Shown here one piece after another: positions 36,957 to 48,338 of a stretch of DNA of 64,000 bases. The notes beneath the pieces are model-generated. The model did no database searches. It was given only the letters and a program-made list of their open reading frames with translations, and was not told the origin of the DNA. Origin of the DNA: Candidatus Bathyarchaeota archaeon (lineage in GTDB: Archaea; Thermoproteota; Bathyarchaeia; Bathyarchaeales; Bathycorpusculaceae); contig CAVZIW010000003.1 of assembly GCA_963775465.1 (NCBI GenBank), positions 288,001 through 352,000 on the forward strand, given 5' to 3'. A program made the position numbers and the translations under genes. Position 1 is the first letter of the stretch. Each line of letters opens with the position of its first letter.

Positions 36957-38708
36957 TTGGGATTAGACCAGGATAATGAACTTCGCGAGTTTATTCGAAA
37001 AACCGCTTTGTTGAATGCGGTTGGGCATGAAGGAAAAGCACAAGCAGGCGCCCTAGTCGGCAAAATTCTTGGAGAAAAAGCAGCGCTCCGCAGCCAGGTC
37101 AAACAACTTTCCGCTGTAATTAATCAAGTTGTTAACGAAGTTAACAGTTTATCTTTATCAGAACAGAAGACGATTGTTGAGAAGAACTGGCCTGAAACGC
37201 AGAAAAAGAAAGAGGCTGAAGAAAAACGACTTCCACCGCTTCCTAACGCTGAAAAATACAAGCCGATCGTCACACGGTTTTCACCCAACCCTGATTGTGT
37301 CCTACATCTTGGTTCAGCAAGAGCTATTCTGCTAAGCCACGAATATGCCCGATTATACAATGGCAAATTTATACTGCGCTTCGAAGACACTGATCCTAAA
37401 GTTAAGAAGCCAGCCCTGAAATTCTACGAAAGCATCAGAGCTGATTTGAAATGGCTTGGCTGCAAAATCGATGAAGAATACATCCAAAGCGATCGATTAC
37501 CCATTTACTATGAATACACTGAGAAACTTATCCGCGACGCCAACGCCTACGTCTGCACGTGCATTCCGGATGAGTTTCGAGTTAAAGTTGTAGCCAAAGA
37601 GCCCTGTCCGTGCCGAAACCTTTCTTCATCCGAACACTTGGACCGTTGGCACCACATGTTAGATGGCTCCTACCAAGAAGGTCAAGCTGTCGTCCGCGTT
37701 AAAACTGATATCAAACATCCAAACCCTGCAATCCGAGACTGGCCAGCTCTACGAATCATAGACACAAAAAAGCACCCCCACCCCCGTGTAGGCAGCAAAT
37801 ACATTGTTTGGCCGTTATACAACCTCGCAGCAGGCTTAGACGACCACCTGATGGGTGTGACCCACATTATTCGCGGCAAAGAACACTACACTAACATGGT
37901 TCGTCAAAAATACATGTACCAATATCTCGGCTGGGAATACCCAGAAGCAATCCATTACGGCAGACTAAAAATCACAGGCGCAGCATTAAGCAAATCCAAA
38001 ATCGTTGCAGGCATAAAAGAAGGTGACTACGCAGATTTCGACGACCCACGATTAGGAACCTTCGCTGCACTGCAAAAAAGAGGAATTACCCCCGAAGCCA
38101 TCAAAAAAATGATAATCGAAGTCGGAATAAAACCAAACGACGTGACGTTGAGTTGGGAAAATCTTTATGCTTACAACCGTAAAATCCTCGATTCAACAAG
38201 TAGTCGTTATTTCTTTGTCGCACAACCCATTGAACTAAAAGTGATTGATGTTCAGAAGGATTTCCTAGCTAAGCTACCCCTACACCCCGAAAAACCTGAA
38301 AAAGGATTTAGAGAATATACCATAAAACCTGAAGGCGACGAAAAAACCGTGTTCCTGTGGATCTCTAGTAAAGACGCTCAAGCTATAGAAATCAACAAAG
38401 TAATCAGACTTATTGAACTATTCAACATAAGGATCCGGTCTAAAACCGACAAGTGCGTCACTGCCATATTCGAAAGCGCCTCCTATGAAGAAGTACGCAA
38501 AACCAAAGTCCAACTAATACAATGGGTCCTCAAAGGCAAAGAATACCCAACCCAAGTCATTAACCAAGACACCTCAACTACCGAAGGATTTGCCGAGGCA
38601 GACTGCAAAAAGTTAAAGCCAGACGAAATCATACAGTTTGAACGATTCGGATTTGTGCATATAACCGAAGTCGGACCAAAACTAGTGGTCTACTACTCTC
38701 AAAAATAA
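36957..38708 (+). CDS. gltX: Glutamate--tRNA ligase
   Basis: RFSPNP..LHLG, LRFEDTDP, THIIRGKEH, LSKSK, QFERFGF. Confidence 0.96.
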   Translation: MGLDQDNELREFIRKTALLNAVGHEGKAQAGALVGKILGEKAALRSQVKQLSAVINQVVNEVNSLSLSEQKTIVEKNWPETQKKKEAEEKRLPPLPNAEKYKPIVTRFSPNPDCVLHLGSARAILLSHEYARLYNGKFILRFEDTDPKVKKPALKFYESIRADLKWLGCKIDEEYIQSDRLPIYYEYTEKLIRDANAYVCTCIPDEFRVKVVAKEPCPCRNLSSSEHLDRWHHMLDGSYQEGQAVVRVKTDIKHPNPAIRDWPALRIIDTKKHPHPRVGSKYIVWPLYNLAAGLDDHLMGVTHIIRGKEHYTNMVRQKYMYQYLGWEYPEAIHYGRLKITGAALSKSKIVAGIKEGDYADFDDPRLGTFAALQKRGITPEAIKKMIIEVGIKPNDVTLSWENLYAYNRKILDSTSSRYFFVAQPIELKVIDVQKDFLAKLPLHPEKPEKGFREYTIKPEGDEKTVFLWISSKDAQAIEINKVIRLIELFNIRIRSKTDKCVTAIFESASYEEVRKTKVQLIQWVLKGKEYPTQVINQDTSTTEGFAEADCKKLKPDEIIQFERFGFVHITEVGPKLVVYYSQK

Positions 38709-38717
38709 GGTGAAAAA

Positions 38718-39032
38718 ATGCGAAAACTCGACAATCAAGCAATAATCTGGCCAGTATATTTCGATTGCAATAAATCACGAGCAAAAGGACGCCGAGTACC
38801 CAAAAACCAAGCTGTCATATCGCCAAAAATTGTTGAAATAAAAGAAGCCGCAGACAAATTGGGCTTACAGAACGAAGTTAACCTAGAAGCACATTTTCCA
38901 AAGAATCCTTGGGCAAAAACAGGTATGTTACTGGTTGAGAAGAAAAAAGTCAAAGAAGTTATAATCAAAGATTTAGCAAAACAACTACTGAAAATTAGAA
39001 GCCAACAAGCTCAAAAGCCAGCTAAACGCTAA
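38718..39032 (+). CDS. srp19: Signal recognition particle protein SRP19
   Basis: IWPVYFD..KSRAKGRRVPK. Confidence 0.93.
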   Translation: MRKLDNQAIIWPVYFDCNKSRAKGRRVPKNQAVISPKIVEIKEAADKLGLQNEVNLEAHFPKNPWAKTGMLLVEKKKVKEVIIKDLAKQLLKIRSQQAQKPAKR

Positions 39033-39059
39033 AAATACTTTTTTATTTTAAAAAAATAA

Positions 39060-39452
39060 TTAGGCTTTTTCTTTGCCAATCAAAACAGCATTAATCATAC
39101 CGTCATTGCCTGGTCGACTTGTGACTTTGGCTAAGCCCAGTTCGGTTTCGATTTCTGCGCCTTTGGTTATAACTCCTCGACGGTTGAAGTCGACATTAGC
39201 CCCGTTTCGAACTACACGAGTGATTTGGGCCTTTTGGGTTTTGCCGCTTTTAGGGTCAGTAACAGATGCAAACTTGTCGCTTAATACTTTGACCTTAAGG
39301 TTACCGCCTAAACCACGTGTGATTTTGCGCCTTGGTTCACCCAAGATTGTTTCCGCTGGGTATCCACCTGCTTCATACTTTTTCTTTGTGCGGTAAGCTC
39401 GTTTTTTGCCGCCTGTAAGTTTTCGTTTACGTAAACTGCTATGAGTAGACAT
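39060..39452 (-). CDS. rps8e: 30S ribosomal protein S8e
   Basis: RKLTGGK, RGLGGN, ITKGAEIET, VTSRPG.DG.INAVL. Confidence 0.96.
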   Translation of the reverse strand: MSTHSSLRKRKLTGGKKRAYRTKKKYEAGGYPAETILGEPRRKITRGLGGNLKVKVLSDKFASVTDPKSGKTQKAQITRVVRNGANVDFNRRGVITKGAEIETELGLAKVTSRPGNDGMINAVLIGKEKA

Positions 39453-39835
39453 ATTCTACCATTTCCTTGAATGCGTAGCAACTAAAACTGAGGATTCCAA
39501 TATAAACATACTGTTTCAAGGCTACAGTTCTATGCTTTTTTACTGTTTTTACATTATTTATTTTTGCAGTTTTATACAAACTCTATTTGCGCAAAATCCA
39601 TCAATGGATTTTGGGAGGCTTTTTTTCGTTTTTATGCTTGATTTGAATTGCAGACTCGGTGAAAAGGCTTCCGAATAACCAATCTAAAAAGCGAAGCTAC
39701 GCTTTGTCTATTGTTTATGCCTCAGCTCTTTTAGGAAATCTCGAACTTCGGACCAAATTTTAGCTCGCTACATCTCGCTTTATACGAACGCCCTAACGCT
39801 TAGTACTGTCTAATTCTCGCAGACCTGTATTTTTG

Positions 39836-40492
39836 CTATTTTTCGGTAGCTTCTTGTTTTTCTCGCTTTTCTTCTTTTGCCGCTCTCTTTGATAGGTCTT
39901 CTTTTATAGCCTCACCAAAAATCTTCTTGAGGTCCTTCTTCATAATCGCAGTATCCGTTGTCAAGCCAAAATAGTCAGCAAAGTAATCAGTAGTCTTCAA
40001 TGCTAACGAACGTCCAGCCCGCTCCGACATTATTAATCCCATATCTTTGAGTGTTTTAACGTGCCCGTAGGCGTGTTGACCTCGAACTTCTACAACTCTT
40101 TTTTGTGAGATAGGCTGACGATATGCAATGTACGAGAGTGTCTTTAAAGGTCCCGAGGATAGCAATGGCCTATTCACGAGTTTTTTGATTAATGGTGTAA
40201 ATTCTGCTTTAACCTGCAAAACATAGCGATCATCTTTTAAAGCCAGAATTTCAATAGCGCTGTTGCGAACCTTGTAATCCTCTATAAGCGTCTTAACAAA
40301 TTGAGTAACGCGTTTTTTGCTTCGACTGCCTACAACTTGGCAAAGCTCGTTTAATTCAAGAGGGCGACCCGCAACGTAGAGAGCAGCTTCAAGCAGCATT
40401 AAAGCATGAGTTTTTCGATCGTTTTCCGGTGATGCCGCAGCACTCGGATTCGAAGTTGGGCTTGATTTAACGGATTGTTTCGATTTTTCCAA
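39836..40492 (-). CDS. scpB: SMC-Scp complex subunit ScpB
   Basis: LEAALY, LKTLSYIAYRQP, VRG, TTDYFADYFGL. Confidence 0.92.
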   Translation of the reverse strand: MEKSKQSVKSSPTSNPSAAASPENDRKTHALMLLEAALYVAGRPLELNELCQVVGSRSKKRVTQFVKTLIEDYKVRNSAIEILALKDDRYVLQVKAEFTPLIKKLVNRPLLSSGPLKTLSYIAYRQPISQKRVVEVRGQHAYGHVKTLKDMGLIMSERAGRSLALKTTDYFADYFGLTTDTAIMKKDLKKIFGEAIKEDLSKRAAKEEKREKQEATEK

Positions 40493-41186
40493 CGTTTAGT
40501 TTCCCCACACCTATGTAGAGCTCTTCGGTTTCTTCGTTCTGCCAAAGGCTAACTAAACCATCCTGCGCAAGGAACAGCAAATAGATAAACATTCTTAGCG
40601 CTTCGATGCGTGTCGCACCCTTGGAGAGAGTTGTGAAGTCAACAATTCCTTGTCCGTTGACTTTTTGGCACAGAAGGGCGTATAATTTTTCGACTTCAAA
40701 TTCAAGTTCAGCGATGAACTTGTCAAATTTGGGCAATAAATCAGTAACTGCAGGCAACACAGGGTGTTGCTCCACTACGTGGTTTAGGGCAAGAAGTTTT
40801 TCGCCTTTGAGTACGTCATCTAAGACTTCAAGCAAATGCTGAATGGTTGTTGAAGTTAATTCATGGCGTAACGGAAGAAATAGGGGCGGTGGAACAAAAT
40901 CTGTCGGAATCTTTGGGGGCGGTGAGGGTGGATCTTGCAATGTAAGCAAAAGCTTTGACTTCATCAAATAAATCAATGCTGAAGAATCCAAAGCAACACC
41001 AGATGCACGGAAATCCACTTTTTCTGGGGAAGACTTTTCCATCTCTAAAAGAAACGACCTAAGCAAGTAATCTATATTCACGTTCCAAGGAGTTAGTTTT
41101 TCTAGTTTGCTAAGTTCGAATAAGATATTCCAAGGTGGACGCAAATAGAAAGGTCGACGGGTAGGTACGGTTGACGCGGAAGCCAT
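40467..41186 (-). CDS. scpA: Kleisin ScpA
   Basis: PWNVNI, SALIYLMKS, FIYLLFLAQDGLVSLWQ; lies between smc and scpB. Confidence 0.88.
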   Translation of the reverse strand: MASASTVPTRRPFYLRPPWNILFELSKLEKLTPWNVNIDYLLRSFLLEMEKSSPEKVDFRASGVALDSSALIYLMKSKLLLTLQDPPSPPPKIPTDFVPPPLFLPLRHELTSTTIQHLLEVLDDVLKGEKLLALNHVVEQHPVLPAVTDLLPKFDKFIAELEFEVEKLYALLCQKVNGQGIVDFTTLSKGATRIEALRMFIYLLFLAQDGLVSLWQNEETEELYIGVGKLNVGKIETIR

Positions 41187-44100
41187 TATCTCGATGCCTC
41201 CGATGGAAACTTTGCAGTCACCACATTTGATATACCGTTGCGTTCGTAGACGCCGTAAACTTTCTGTGCTTTATTAACCATTTCAGGTCTCAAGCTTATA
41301 ACAATAAACTGAGTTTTCTCTGCCTCTTCGAGAAGAGTTTCGGCAAGTTTGGTCGTATGGAAAGCATCCAAGTGAGCATCAACTTCATCAAGTATGTAGA
41401 ATGAAACTGGCGAGAACTCTTTAAGCGAAAAAATGAATGCTACCGCCGAAATGGAACGTTCACCACCACTAGCTCCGCTGACGATTATGCTAGGTTTGTT
41501 CGGGAACTGAACAAGCATATCAATGCCACCGGAGAAGGGGTCTTCAATGTTTTCGAGTTTAAGTGAAGCGCTTCCACCGCCGGTCATCTTTTCAAAGTAC
41601 ACTGTGAGGCTGGCGTTGATTTTATCAAACGCATTCATGAAAACCTTGCGTTTTTTTGCTTCAATTTCATCCATAAACGAAACGATAGCCTGCTTTTCGC
41701 GCTCCAACTCGTTGAGGCGCACCGATAATTCACGATAACGCGAAATCTGCTCGGCATAATGCTGGGCAGCGAGTTGGTTTATAGCGCCGATTCGTTCCAT
41801 TTCAAACTGCATCATACGAATAGTCGTTTCAGCGTCCTGAACCTGCCGTGGGGTGGTCTCCAAGGGCTGCTCATAACCAAATTGTTTAAGCTGTGCTTGG
41901 AGGTTCTGCAGACGAAGCTGAGTGGTTTGAATGCCCAAATTGAGTTGATTTAGTAATTTTTCAGTCTGCTCATACTCGAAGTCCAGAAGCCTAAGCGCTC
42001 CATCAATCATGTCAATTTGACTGGTGAATTTTTTAGATTCTTCACGTGCGGATAATACAGCGTTTGCAAGCGACACGCGACTTTTTTCCAGTTCTTCGGC
42101 TTCCTTTTTGATTTCGTCGCGTTCAAGCAATGCTTCGCTAACTTCTTTTTGGAGTTTCTCCTGTTGTTGATCCATTCTGGAAAGCTGAATCTTAGTGTTC
42201 TTGTAGCTGACTCGAAGAACCCTATCGAACTGGGATTGGTAGGTTAAAATTTCAGTCTGAACCGATCCTAACCGTTGACGCAATGTGTTGGCTTCTTCGC
42301 CAAGTTTTTCACGCTGAACCTCCATTTCTTGGATGTGAGTTACATCGGTTTTTAATCGAAGATTTGCGATTTCAACTTGGATTTTCTTAAGATTGTTTTT
42401 GATCGAGTTCCGTTCGTTCCGGAACATCGCCATTCGACCCTTGTATGAGGCTGCTTCACGTTCAAGCTTTCCGCCATACTTGTCGATATGACGGACGTTG
42501 AATTGGGTACGTTTTACACCGCGTTTAACTCGGATTATTTCCCTGTCAAGAGTAGTGATAGAATCCGCCAAACGTACTATTTCGATTTTGGCGTTTTCTA
42601 ATTCCTCTTCAATGCCTACTATGTCGGTACCTCTTTGTGCAAGGTGTGTTTGAAGTGCTCTAACGGCCTCATCAAGGCTTTTCAAGGCTCCTTCGCTTGG
42701 AATTATTGTGGAAAAATCGATTGGGGCTCTATAGTAACCGCTTTCAAAAGCACCCGGTTCATAGAGGTCACCGTTAACTGTAACAGCGCGATAGCCTTCG
42801 TTTGAAAGAGCAAAAGCGATTTTGTCGTTTGAGACAACTATGGTATCTCCGAATACATAATTGACAGCAAATTCAAAGATGTTATCGTACTTCATGAAGC
42901 TAGAAAGCGGTCCAATGATGCCTTCACGTTTTGGCGGTGCTTTGTTTTTGAGGTTGATTGCACCTTGAAGAGGTATGATTTTGATTCTGCCAAGCTTCAT
43001 ACGTCTTAGCGTTTCAGTGCAAGTAAAAGCAACGTCGATGTTTTCAACAACTAACGCGTCTAACCAGCCAGTTGCGGCGGCTTCAATTGCTTTCTTAAAG
43101 CTTTTGTCCATCTTAACCAACTCCCGAAGCCTGCCGTGAATTCCAGAAATAGCTCCAACAGTACCCATTTCTTCAATGCTGCGAAGCGCTTTCTCCTCAG
43201 CAGCGATGGTTGCGGCAAGGTCTCGCTGGGTAGCAAACTCTATTACAGCATCTTTAGCGGAACTGGCGATTTTTTCTGCTTCAGAGATTTCTTTGTGAAC
43301 TGTTTCTTTTTGGAGTTCTTTGCGTTCAATTATGTGTTCAAGGTTTTTCAGTTGAGCCTTCTGATCTTTTTGCACTTGTTCGAGATCAACTAGAGATTTT
43401 TCAATTTCCACTTGGCTTGCCAAGAATTTTTCTTTACGAACAGTTAGGTTTTTTATGCGCCCCATACAGAGTCGTAGGGCGGCTTTGTCCTGTTTGTATT
43501 CAGAACGCAAATAAGCCAAGCGTTTTAGATGTTCTTGGGTTTGGTTATCTAGTGCGCGGATTTGTTGGTTGTTGTCATCTAAGCCTTCCCAAAGCTGAGC
43601 TGTTTCCTTTGCCAGCGCCTCGTGGGAAGCTTGTTTTTCAGACAGTTGGGCGTTGAGCTTTTCAAGTTCATATCGGGCACTGCGGATTTTCAGCCGGTTT
43701 TCCCTGATTTCCTTTTGCAATGAGTCACGTTGGGTCTGGTTGTTTTCTTTAATACGTTTAAAACTTTCAAGACTGGCTTGCCCAGAACTGATTTTAGTGG
43801 CTAGCTCGGTTAATTTAGATTTTAACTCGCCAATTTTAATTTGGACTTTAAGAACTTCTGAACCGCCTTGCTCTACGCTTTCACCGCTGAGTTTTCGCCA
43901 TTCCCCCTCGATATCATGACGCTTATTTCTTCGAAGGTCCCGTTGCTCTTTTAATTTGACAACTTTTTCTTTGACTTTTTCGGTTTGAGTTGTGTTTTCA
44001 TTTATTTTGAAATTGAGTTGGGCAATTTCACTTGAGATTTTTATCGCCTGGAATTTTCGAGTTTCCATTTGGATAAAATTGTAGCGTAAGAGTTGGTTGC

Positions 44101-44737
44101 GTTCACGTTCTAGATCATCAAGGCGTTTTTGAACCTCGTCGATTCTGCCCATTGCGGTGCGGATGGATATGTCAGCGGCACGTAGTTTCTCTTCAGCCTC
44201 AGTTTTTTCTGAATCGTATTGTGCAATGCCAATCAGGTCTTCGATGATCTTGCGGCGTTCAACCGCGGTTAAATCAGTTAAGCGAGTAATCGTACCCTGC
44301 GGAATGATGTTGTTGCTTATACTGCTGATTGCAGCCATGGACAAAGTTTCGGTTATGTGAGTGCGGGACATTCTGCGACCATTTAGGCGGTAGACGCTCT
44401 GTCCGTTGCGAAAAACTTCCCTTGATATTGTAACAGTAGTAGTGTCCACAGGCATGGTTCCATCTGTGTTGTCAAATTGGACCACTACTTTTGCCATCTT
44501 TGCTTTATCCTGCCCTGCTTTCTCTGAACCGTGAAAAATCAGTTTAGCCGAGTTTTCGGCACGGAGTCTTTTTGTGCTAAGTTCCCCAAGTGAAAAGAGT
44601 AGGGCATCCATGATGTTAGTTTTGCCGCTTCCGTTTGGACCAGTTATGGCTGTGAATCCCTTGTCCAAATTAACCTTGACTGTTTGTGGTCCAAAAGACT
44701 TAAAGCCTTTTAACTCGATTTTTTTTATGTAGGGCAT
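41186..44737 (-). CDS. smc: Chromosome segregation protein SMC
   Basis: GFKSF, GPNGSGKTN, long coiled coils with hinge, SGGE, LDEVDAHLD. Confidence 0.97.
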   Translation of the reverse strand: MPYIKKIELKGFKSFGPQTVKVNLDKGFTAITGPNGSGKTNIMDALLFSLGELSTKRLRAENSAKLIFHGSEKAGQDKAKMAKVVVQFDNTDGTMPVDTTTVTISREVFRNGQSVYRLNGRRMSRTHITETLSMAAISSISNNIIPQGTITRLTDLTAVERRKIIEDLIGIAQYDSEKTEAEEKLRAADISIRTAMGRIDEVQKRLDDLERERNQLLRYNFIQMETRKFQAIKISSEIAQLNFKINENTTQTEKVKEKVVKLKEQRDLRRNKRHDIEGEWRKLSGESVEQGGSEVLKVQIKIGELKSKLTELATKISSGQASLESFKRIKENNQTQRDSLQKEIRENRLKIRSARYELEKLNAQLSEKQASHEALAKETAQLWEGLDDNNQQIRALDNQTQEHLKRLAYLRSEYKQDKAALRLCMGRIKNLTVRKEKFLASQVEIEKSLVDLEQVQKDQKAQLKNLEHIIERKELQKETVHKEISEAEKIASSAKDAVIEFATQRDLAATIAAEEKALRSIEEMGTVGAISGIHGRLRELVKMDKSFKKAIEAAATGWLDALVVENIDVAFTCTETLRRMKLGRIKIIPLQGAINLKNKAPPKREGIIGPLSSFMKYDNIFEFAVNYVFGDTIVVSNDKIAFALSNEGYRAVTVNGDLYEPGAFESGYYRAPIDFSTIIPSEGALKSLDEAVRALQTHLAQRGTDIVGIEEELENAKIEIVRLADSITTLDREIIRVKRGVKRTQFNVRHIDKYGGKLEREAASYKGRMAMFRNERNSIKNNLKKIQVEIANLRLKTDVTHIQEMEVQREKLGEEANTLRQRLGSVQTEILTYQSQFDRVLRVSYKNTKIQLSRMDQQQEKLQKEVSEALLERDEIKKEAEELEKSRVSLANAVLSAREESKKFTSQIDMIDGALRLLDFEYEQTEKLLNQLNLGIQTTQLRLQNLQAQLKQFGYEQPLETTPRQVQDAETTIRMMQFEMERIGAINQLAAQHYAEQISRYRELSVRLNELEREKQAIVSFMDEIEAKKRKVFMNAFDKINASLTVYFEKMTGGGSASLKLENIEDPFSGGIDMLVQFPNKPSIIVSGASGGERSISAVAFIFSLKEFSPVSFYILDEVDAHLDAFHTTKLAETLLEEAEKTQFIVISLRPEMVNKAQKVYGVYERNGISNVVTAKFPSEASR

Positions 44738-44950
44738 TTAGTCTTTATCCTCTCGGAAGCAAATATCTATCTTTTAACATCTCTCAGCAACATATGTATA
44801 AAAGCTTATAGCGGTTCTTCTGCGTTTATACACTATCACTTAGATTTCAGAAATCTTATAGGTTCGAGGACCTTTTAGGTTTTTTGTAGAAAAACATTTT
44901 GGCTCCGTTAAAACGGATGCCATCAGACAATCCGGCTACCGTTTAAGATA

Positions 44951-45193
44951 TTATCGAACAATAGGTAATTTTTGATTGAATTTAGAAAATTCATTTGGAT
45001 TAACTTTTTGTTTTTCCGTTTTTCTTACTTCAATTAACAGAGTTAATGCCTCATCATTAGTTATTCCAAAAGGAAGAAAATTGGCATGAAACCGTTCAAA
45101 ATGAAGCCTCACCGCAGCTATGGCCTCTTCTTCGCCATAAAAAGTGCCAAAAACATAACCACAAGGACATTTTCCGTATAGTTTCTTTTTCAA
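44951..45193 (-). CDS. Small putative metal-binding protein
   Basis: CPCG...H..RFH pattern. Confidence 0.55.
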   Translation of the reverse strand: MKKKLYGKCPCGYVFGTFYGEEEAIAAVRLHFERFHANFLPFGITNDEALTLLIEVRKTEKQKVNPNEFSKFNQKLPIVR

Positions 45194-45590
45194 TTAATTC
45201 CACTCAATTAGGATTTACAAATCTTATAATGTTAAATTAGAACATAAACTGTAGTGACTGTAGCACCACAGTTACAACTTTACGCCTTAGGGTTAAATTA
45301 AAGTGATTCAAATGGTTTATTTATTTTCTTTTTCCCCTTAAAAAATTACGGAAGAATGATCCATATCGCGAAACTAAGGAAAGTATACTTTCTTCATAAT
45401 AATGGTTTGTAAACATACGTAACAGACTTAAAGGTCGAAACGGTATTTTCCCAAGAGGCCAAATAACACTTTACAGTCTCGATCAGAAAATCTCAATTTA
45501 CCACAAAACTTAGCGGGTTTGATCTTGAGAACTTTTCTTTTCGCATGAAATTGTGAGACCGGGCGTTTTTGGGTAAATAAACAATAGGAA

Positions 45591-46769
45591 ATGAGCGCAT
45601 TGACTGCTGAAAAATTAGTTTTGGAAAATGGTGCAAGACGCGTCGCTTATTTGAGCACTTACCCTCCAAGAGAATGCGGAATTGCAAACTTTACAAGAGA
45701 TTTAACTGACTCTATGTATGCATTAGGTGGGCGCACCCCTTACATAATTGCAATTAACGAAAAAGGTGCGATTTATCACTACGACAAACGAGTTAAATTT
45801 ACAGTTGACCGAGATGTTGCCGAAAACTACATCAAAGCAGCCAAATGCGTTAACTCATCAAATATTCAGCTACTAATTGTGCAACACGAATTCGGACTCT
45901 TCGGAGGTGACCAAGGAGAATATATTAAACTCTTTCTAGAAAACCTCAAAAAACCCGTCATCACCACACTTCACACAGTTCAACCTAATTTTGACAAAAA
46001 ATCCATTGAAATCCTGCGGTACCTGGTCGAAAGAAGTGAATCAATAGTGGTGATCGCCCACGCAGCAATTGACATGCTAAAAAATCAAGGGATACCTTCC
46101 AACAAATGCGTTGTTATTCCACACGGCTGCCCAAATATCGATTGCACAAACAGTGAATCAATCAAAGAATCATTAGGTCTTGAGGGGCGTCTGGTCGCTT
46201 CCACATTCGGGCTAATAAGTAGTGGAAAGGGCGTCGAATATGCTATTCAAGCTCTTCCAGAGATTATCAAGAAAGAACCTGGAATAATCTATCTCATAAT
46301 TGGTGAAACTCACCCAGAAGTCAGGAAACAAGAGGGTGAAAGGTATCGAAATGAACTGATGAGACTTGTTAGTGAACTTGGATTGGAAGAACACGTTAGA
46401 TTTACAAACCGATTTGTTACCAAACGGGAATTAACAAAGTTTCTTCAAGTAACCGATATTTACCTAACTCCTTATACTTCCCCCAACCAAATTAGTAGTG
46501 GTACCCTTATCTATGCTCTTGGCGCCGGAAAAGCGATCGTATCTACACCATATTACCACGCCCAAGAGGTTCTTGCTAATGATCGAGGAATACTATGTAA
46601 GTTCGAGGACTCTGCCTCAATAGCAGAAGCTGTAAAAAAACTCTTGGATGAACGCGTCCGTAGTGAGATTCAGAAAAAAGCTTACAAATACAGTAGACGA
46701 TTCCTCTGGAAAAACGTGGCGAGAAAATACATAAACCTAATTGAAGCAGTAACTGAGAATAGTGAGTGA
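45591..46769 (+). CDS. Glycosyltransferase family 4
   Basis: YPPRECGIANF, QHEFGLFGG, FGLISSGKG, SSGTLIYALGAGKAIVST. Confidence 0.92.
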   Translation: MSALTAEKLVLENGARRVAYLSTYPPRECGIANFTRDLTDSMYALGGRTPYIIAINEKGAIYHYDKRVKFTVDRDVAENYIKAAKCVNSSNIQLLIVQHEFGLFGGDQGEYIKLFLENLKKPVITTLHTVQPNFDKKSIEILRYLVERSESIVVIAHAAIDMLKNQGIPSNKCVVIPHGCPNIDCTNSESIKESLGLEGRLVASTFGLISSGKGVEYAIQALPEIIKKEPGIIYLIIGETHPEVRKQEGERYRNELMRLVSELGLEEHVRFTNRFVTKRELTKFLQVTDIYLTPYTSPNQISSGTLIYALGAGKAIVSTPYYHAQEVLANDRGILCKFEDSASIAEAVKKLLDERVRSEIQKKAYKYSRRFLWKNVARKYINLIEAVTENSE

Positions 46770-46777
46770 ACTAAGCA

Positions 46778-47818
46778 TTGTCAACTTTCCCTTTAAAACT
46801 AGATTTTGTTAGAGCACTGACGGACGATTTAGGAATGCTTCAACATTCCAAATACGCTACACCTAATAGAAAAGAAGGCTACACAACCGATGATAACTCA
46901 CGAGCACTTATTGCTTGCACGGATTACCTTATGCGGTTTAATGATTTAAGTGTCAAGAGATTGATTGACACGTATCTGGGTCTTTTGTTCTATATGCAAA
47001 GATCTGATGGAAAAATGCACAATTACCTTAGCTACGATCGCAAACTTTTAGATGAAATAGGTTCTGAGGATTGCATGGGTCGAACACTTTGGGCATGTGG
47101 CTACTGCTTAAACTCAAAATTGCCCGAAGAGATGAAACTTCTTTCTAAGGATATTTTTGACAAAGTGTTCAAATGGAGTTCTAATTTTACATCACCAAGG
47201 GCAAAAGCATACTCAATTATGGGTCTATTCCATTATCAGAAAGCCTACTCGGAGGATCAAAATCTCAAACTGAACATTATAGCTCTCGCTAATCAATTAA
47301 CCAGACAATTTGAATTGGAAGCCTCAAATGGTTGGGATTGGTTTGAATCCTGTCTAACATACTCAAATGCACGATTATCTCATTCACTTTTTTTAGCTTA
47401 CGAAGCCACAAGAGATGATAAATATCTTCAGATAGCCTCAAAATCCATGAATTTCTTAATCAATACTCAAACAATAAACAAAACCTTTGTGCCTATCGGA
47501 AATCGGGGTTGGTTTAAAAAAGGATCTAAACGAGCAATATACGATCAACAACCCATAGAAGCATCCTGTACCACAGATGCGGCAATCGCTGCTTATCGAA
47601 ACACAAAAGACGAACGTTACCTCGAGGCAGCCTACTTAGCCTTTGACTGGTTCTTAGGAAGCAATCTAAAAGGTCTATCGCTGTACGATCCAGAAAACGG
47701 GAGTTGCTGCGACGGTATAACGCCCCACGGATTGAATCTGAACAAAGGTGCTGAGGCCACTTTAGCCTACCTTCAAGCTCGCCTAACACTCGAAGAACTA
47801 AAACACAATAGCAGTTAA
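46778..47818 (+). CDS. Glycosyltransferase-associated six-hairpin glycosidase-like protein
   Basis: QHS.YATP...GYTTDDNSRAL, YSNARL, DQQPIEA, WFLG.N, N.GAEATLA. Confidence 0.8.
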   Translation: MSTFPLKLDFVRALTDDLGMLQHSKYATPNRKEGYTTDDNSRALIACTDYLMRFNDLSVKRLIDTYLGLLFYMQRSDGKMHNYLSYDRKLLDEIGSEDCMGRTLWACGYCLNSKLPEEMKLLSKDIFDKVFKWSSNFTSPRAKAYSIMGLFHYQKAYSEDQNLKLNIIALANQLTRQFELEASNGWDWFESCLTYSNARLSHSLFLAYEATRDDKYLQIASKSMNFLINTQTINKTFVPIGNRGWFKKGSKRAIYDQQPIEASCTTDAAIAAYRNTKDERYLEAAYLAFDWFLGSNLKGLSLYDPENGSCCDGITPHGLNLNKGAEATLAYLQARLTLEELKHNSS

Positions 47819-47931
47819 CTAAAGACACATACAGTACCAATTCAAACACTTATCTCAATTCTCCGAGCCGAAAATATTCTAATTGGGTTTATTAATTCGT
47901 AAACCTAAAATAAAGTTGGAGGCTCGCAGTT

Positions 47932-48306
47932 ATGATGACTCGCGATTTAATGTTAAAAGATGTGGTTACTGCATATGGAAACATCTCCGTAAGAGAGGCA
48001 ATTGAGCTCCTTTTCAAAAGACATATTGGCTCTATAGTCATTATCGACGATGCAGGAAATTGTATAGGCATATTTACCGAACGTGATGCTATAAGAGTAG
48101 TGGCGCAAAATGTATCATTAGACGCAGTATTAGAAAAAGCGATGACGAAAAACCCTTTTACTGTAAACGAAGATTCTACTTTTGAAGAAGCAAAAAGTAT
48201 TATCAAACTTCACAAGATTCGGCATCTTCCTGTGACGTCCAAGGAAGGAAAACTCGTTGGATTGATATCCGTCAGAAATATATTAGATGAGCTAAACGAA
48301 CTGTAG
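47932..48306 (+). CDS. CBS-domain protein
   Basis: Tandem CBS motifs GIFTERD and IRHLPV..GKLVGLIS. Confidence 0.9.
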   Translation: MMTRDLMLKDVVTAYGNISVREAIELLFKRHIGSIVIIDDAGNCIGIFTERDAIRVVAQNVSLDAVLEKAMTKNPFTVNEDSTFEEAKSIIKLHKIRHLPVTSKEGKLVGLISVRNILDELNEL

Positions 48307-48338
48307 CTAAAAAATATTGACTCTGGAGGGAAGGATAA

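Noticed and set aside
39453-39835. Possible SRP RNA or other ncRNA near srp19 and rps8e
   Set aside because: AT-rich with no long GC-rich helices or recognisable SRP motif
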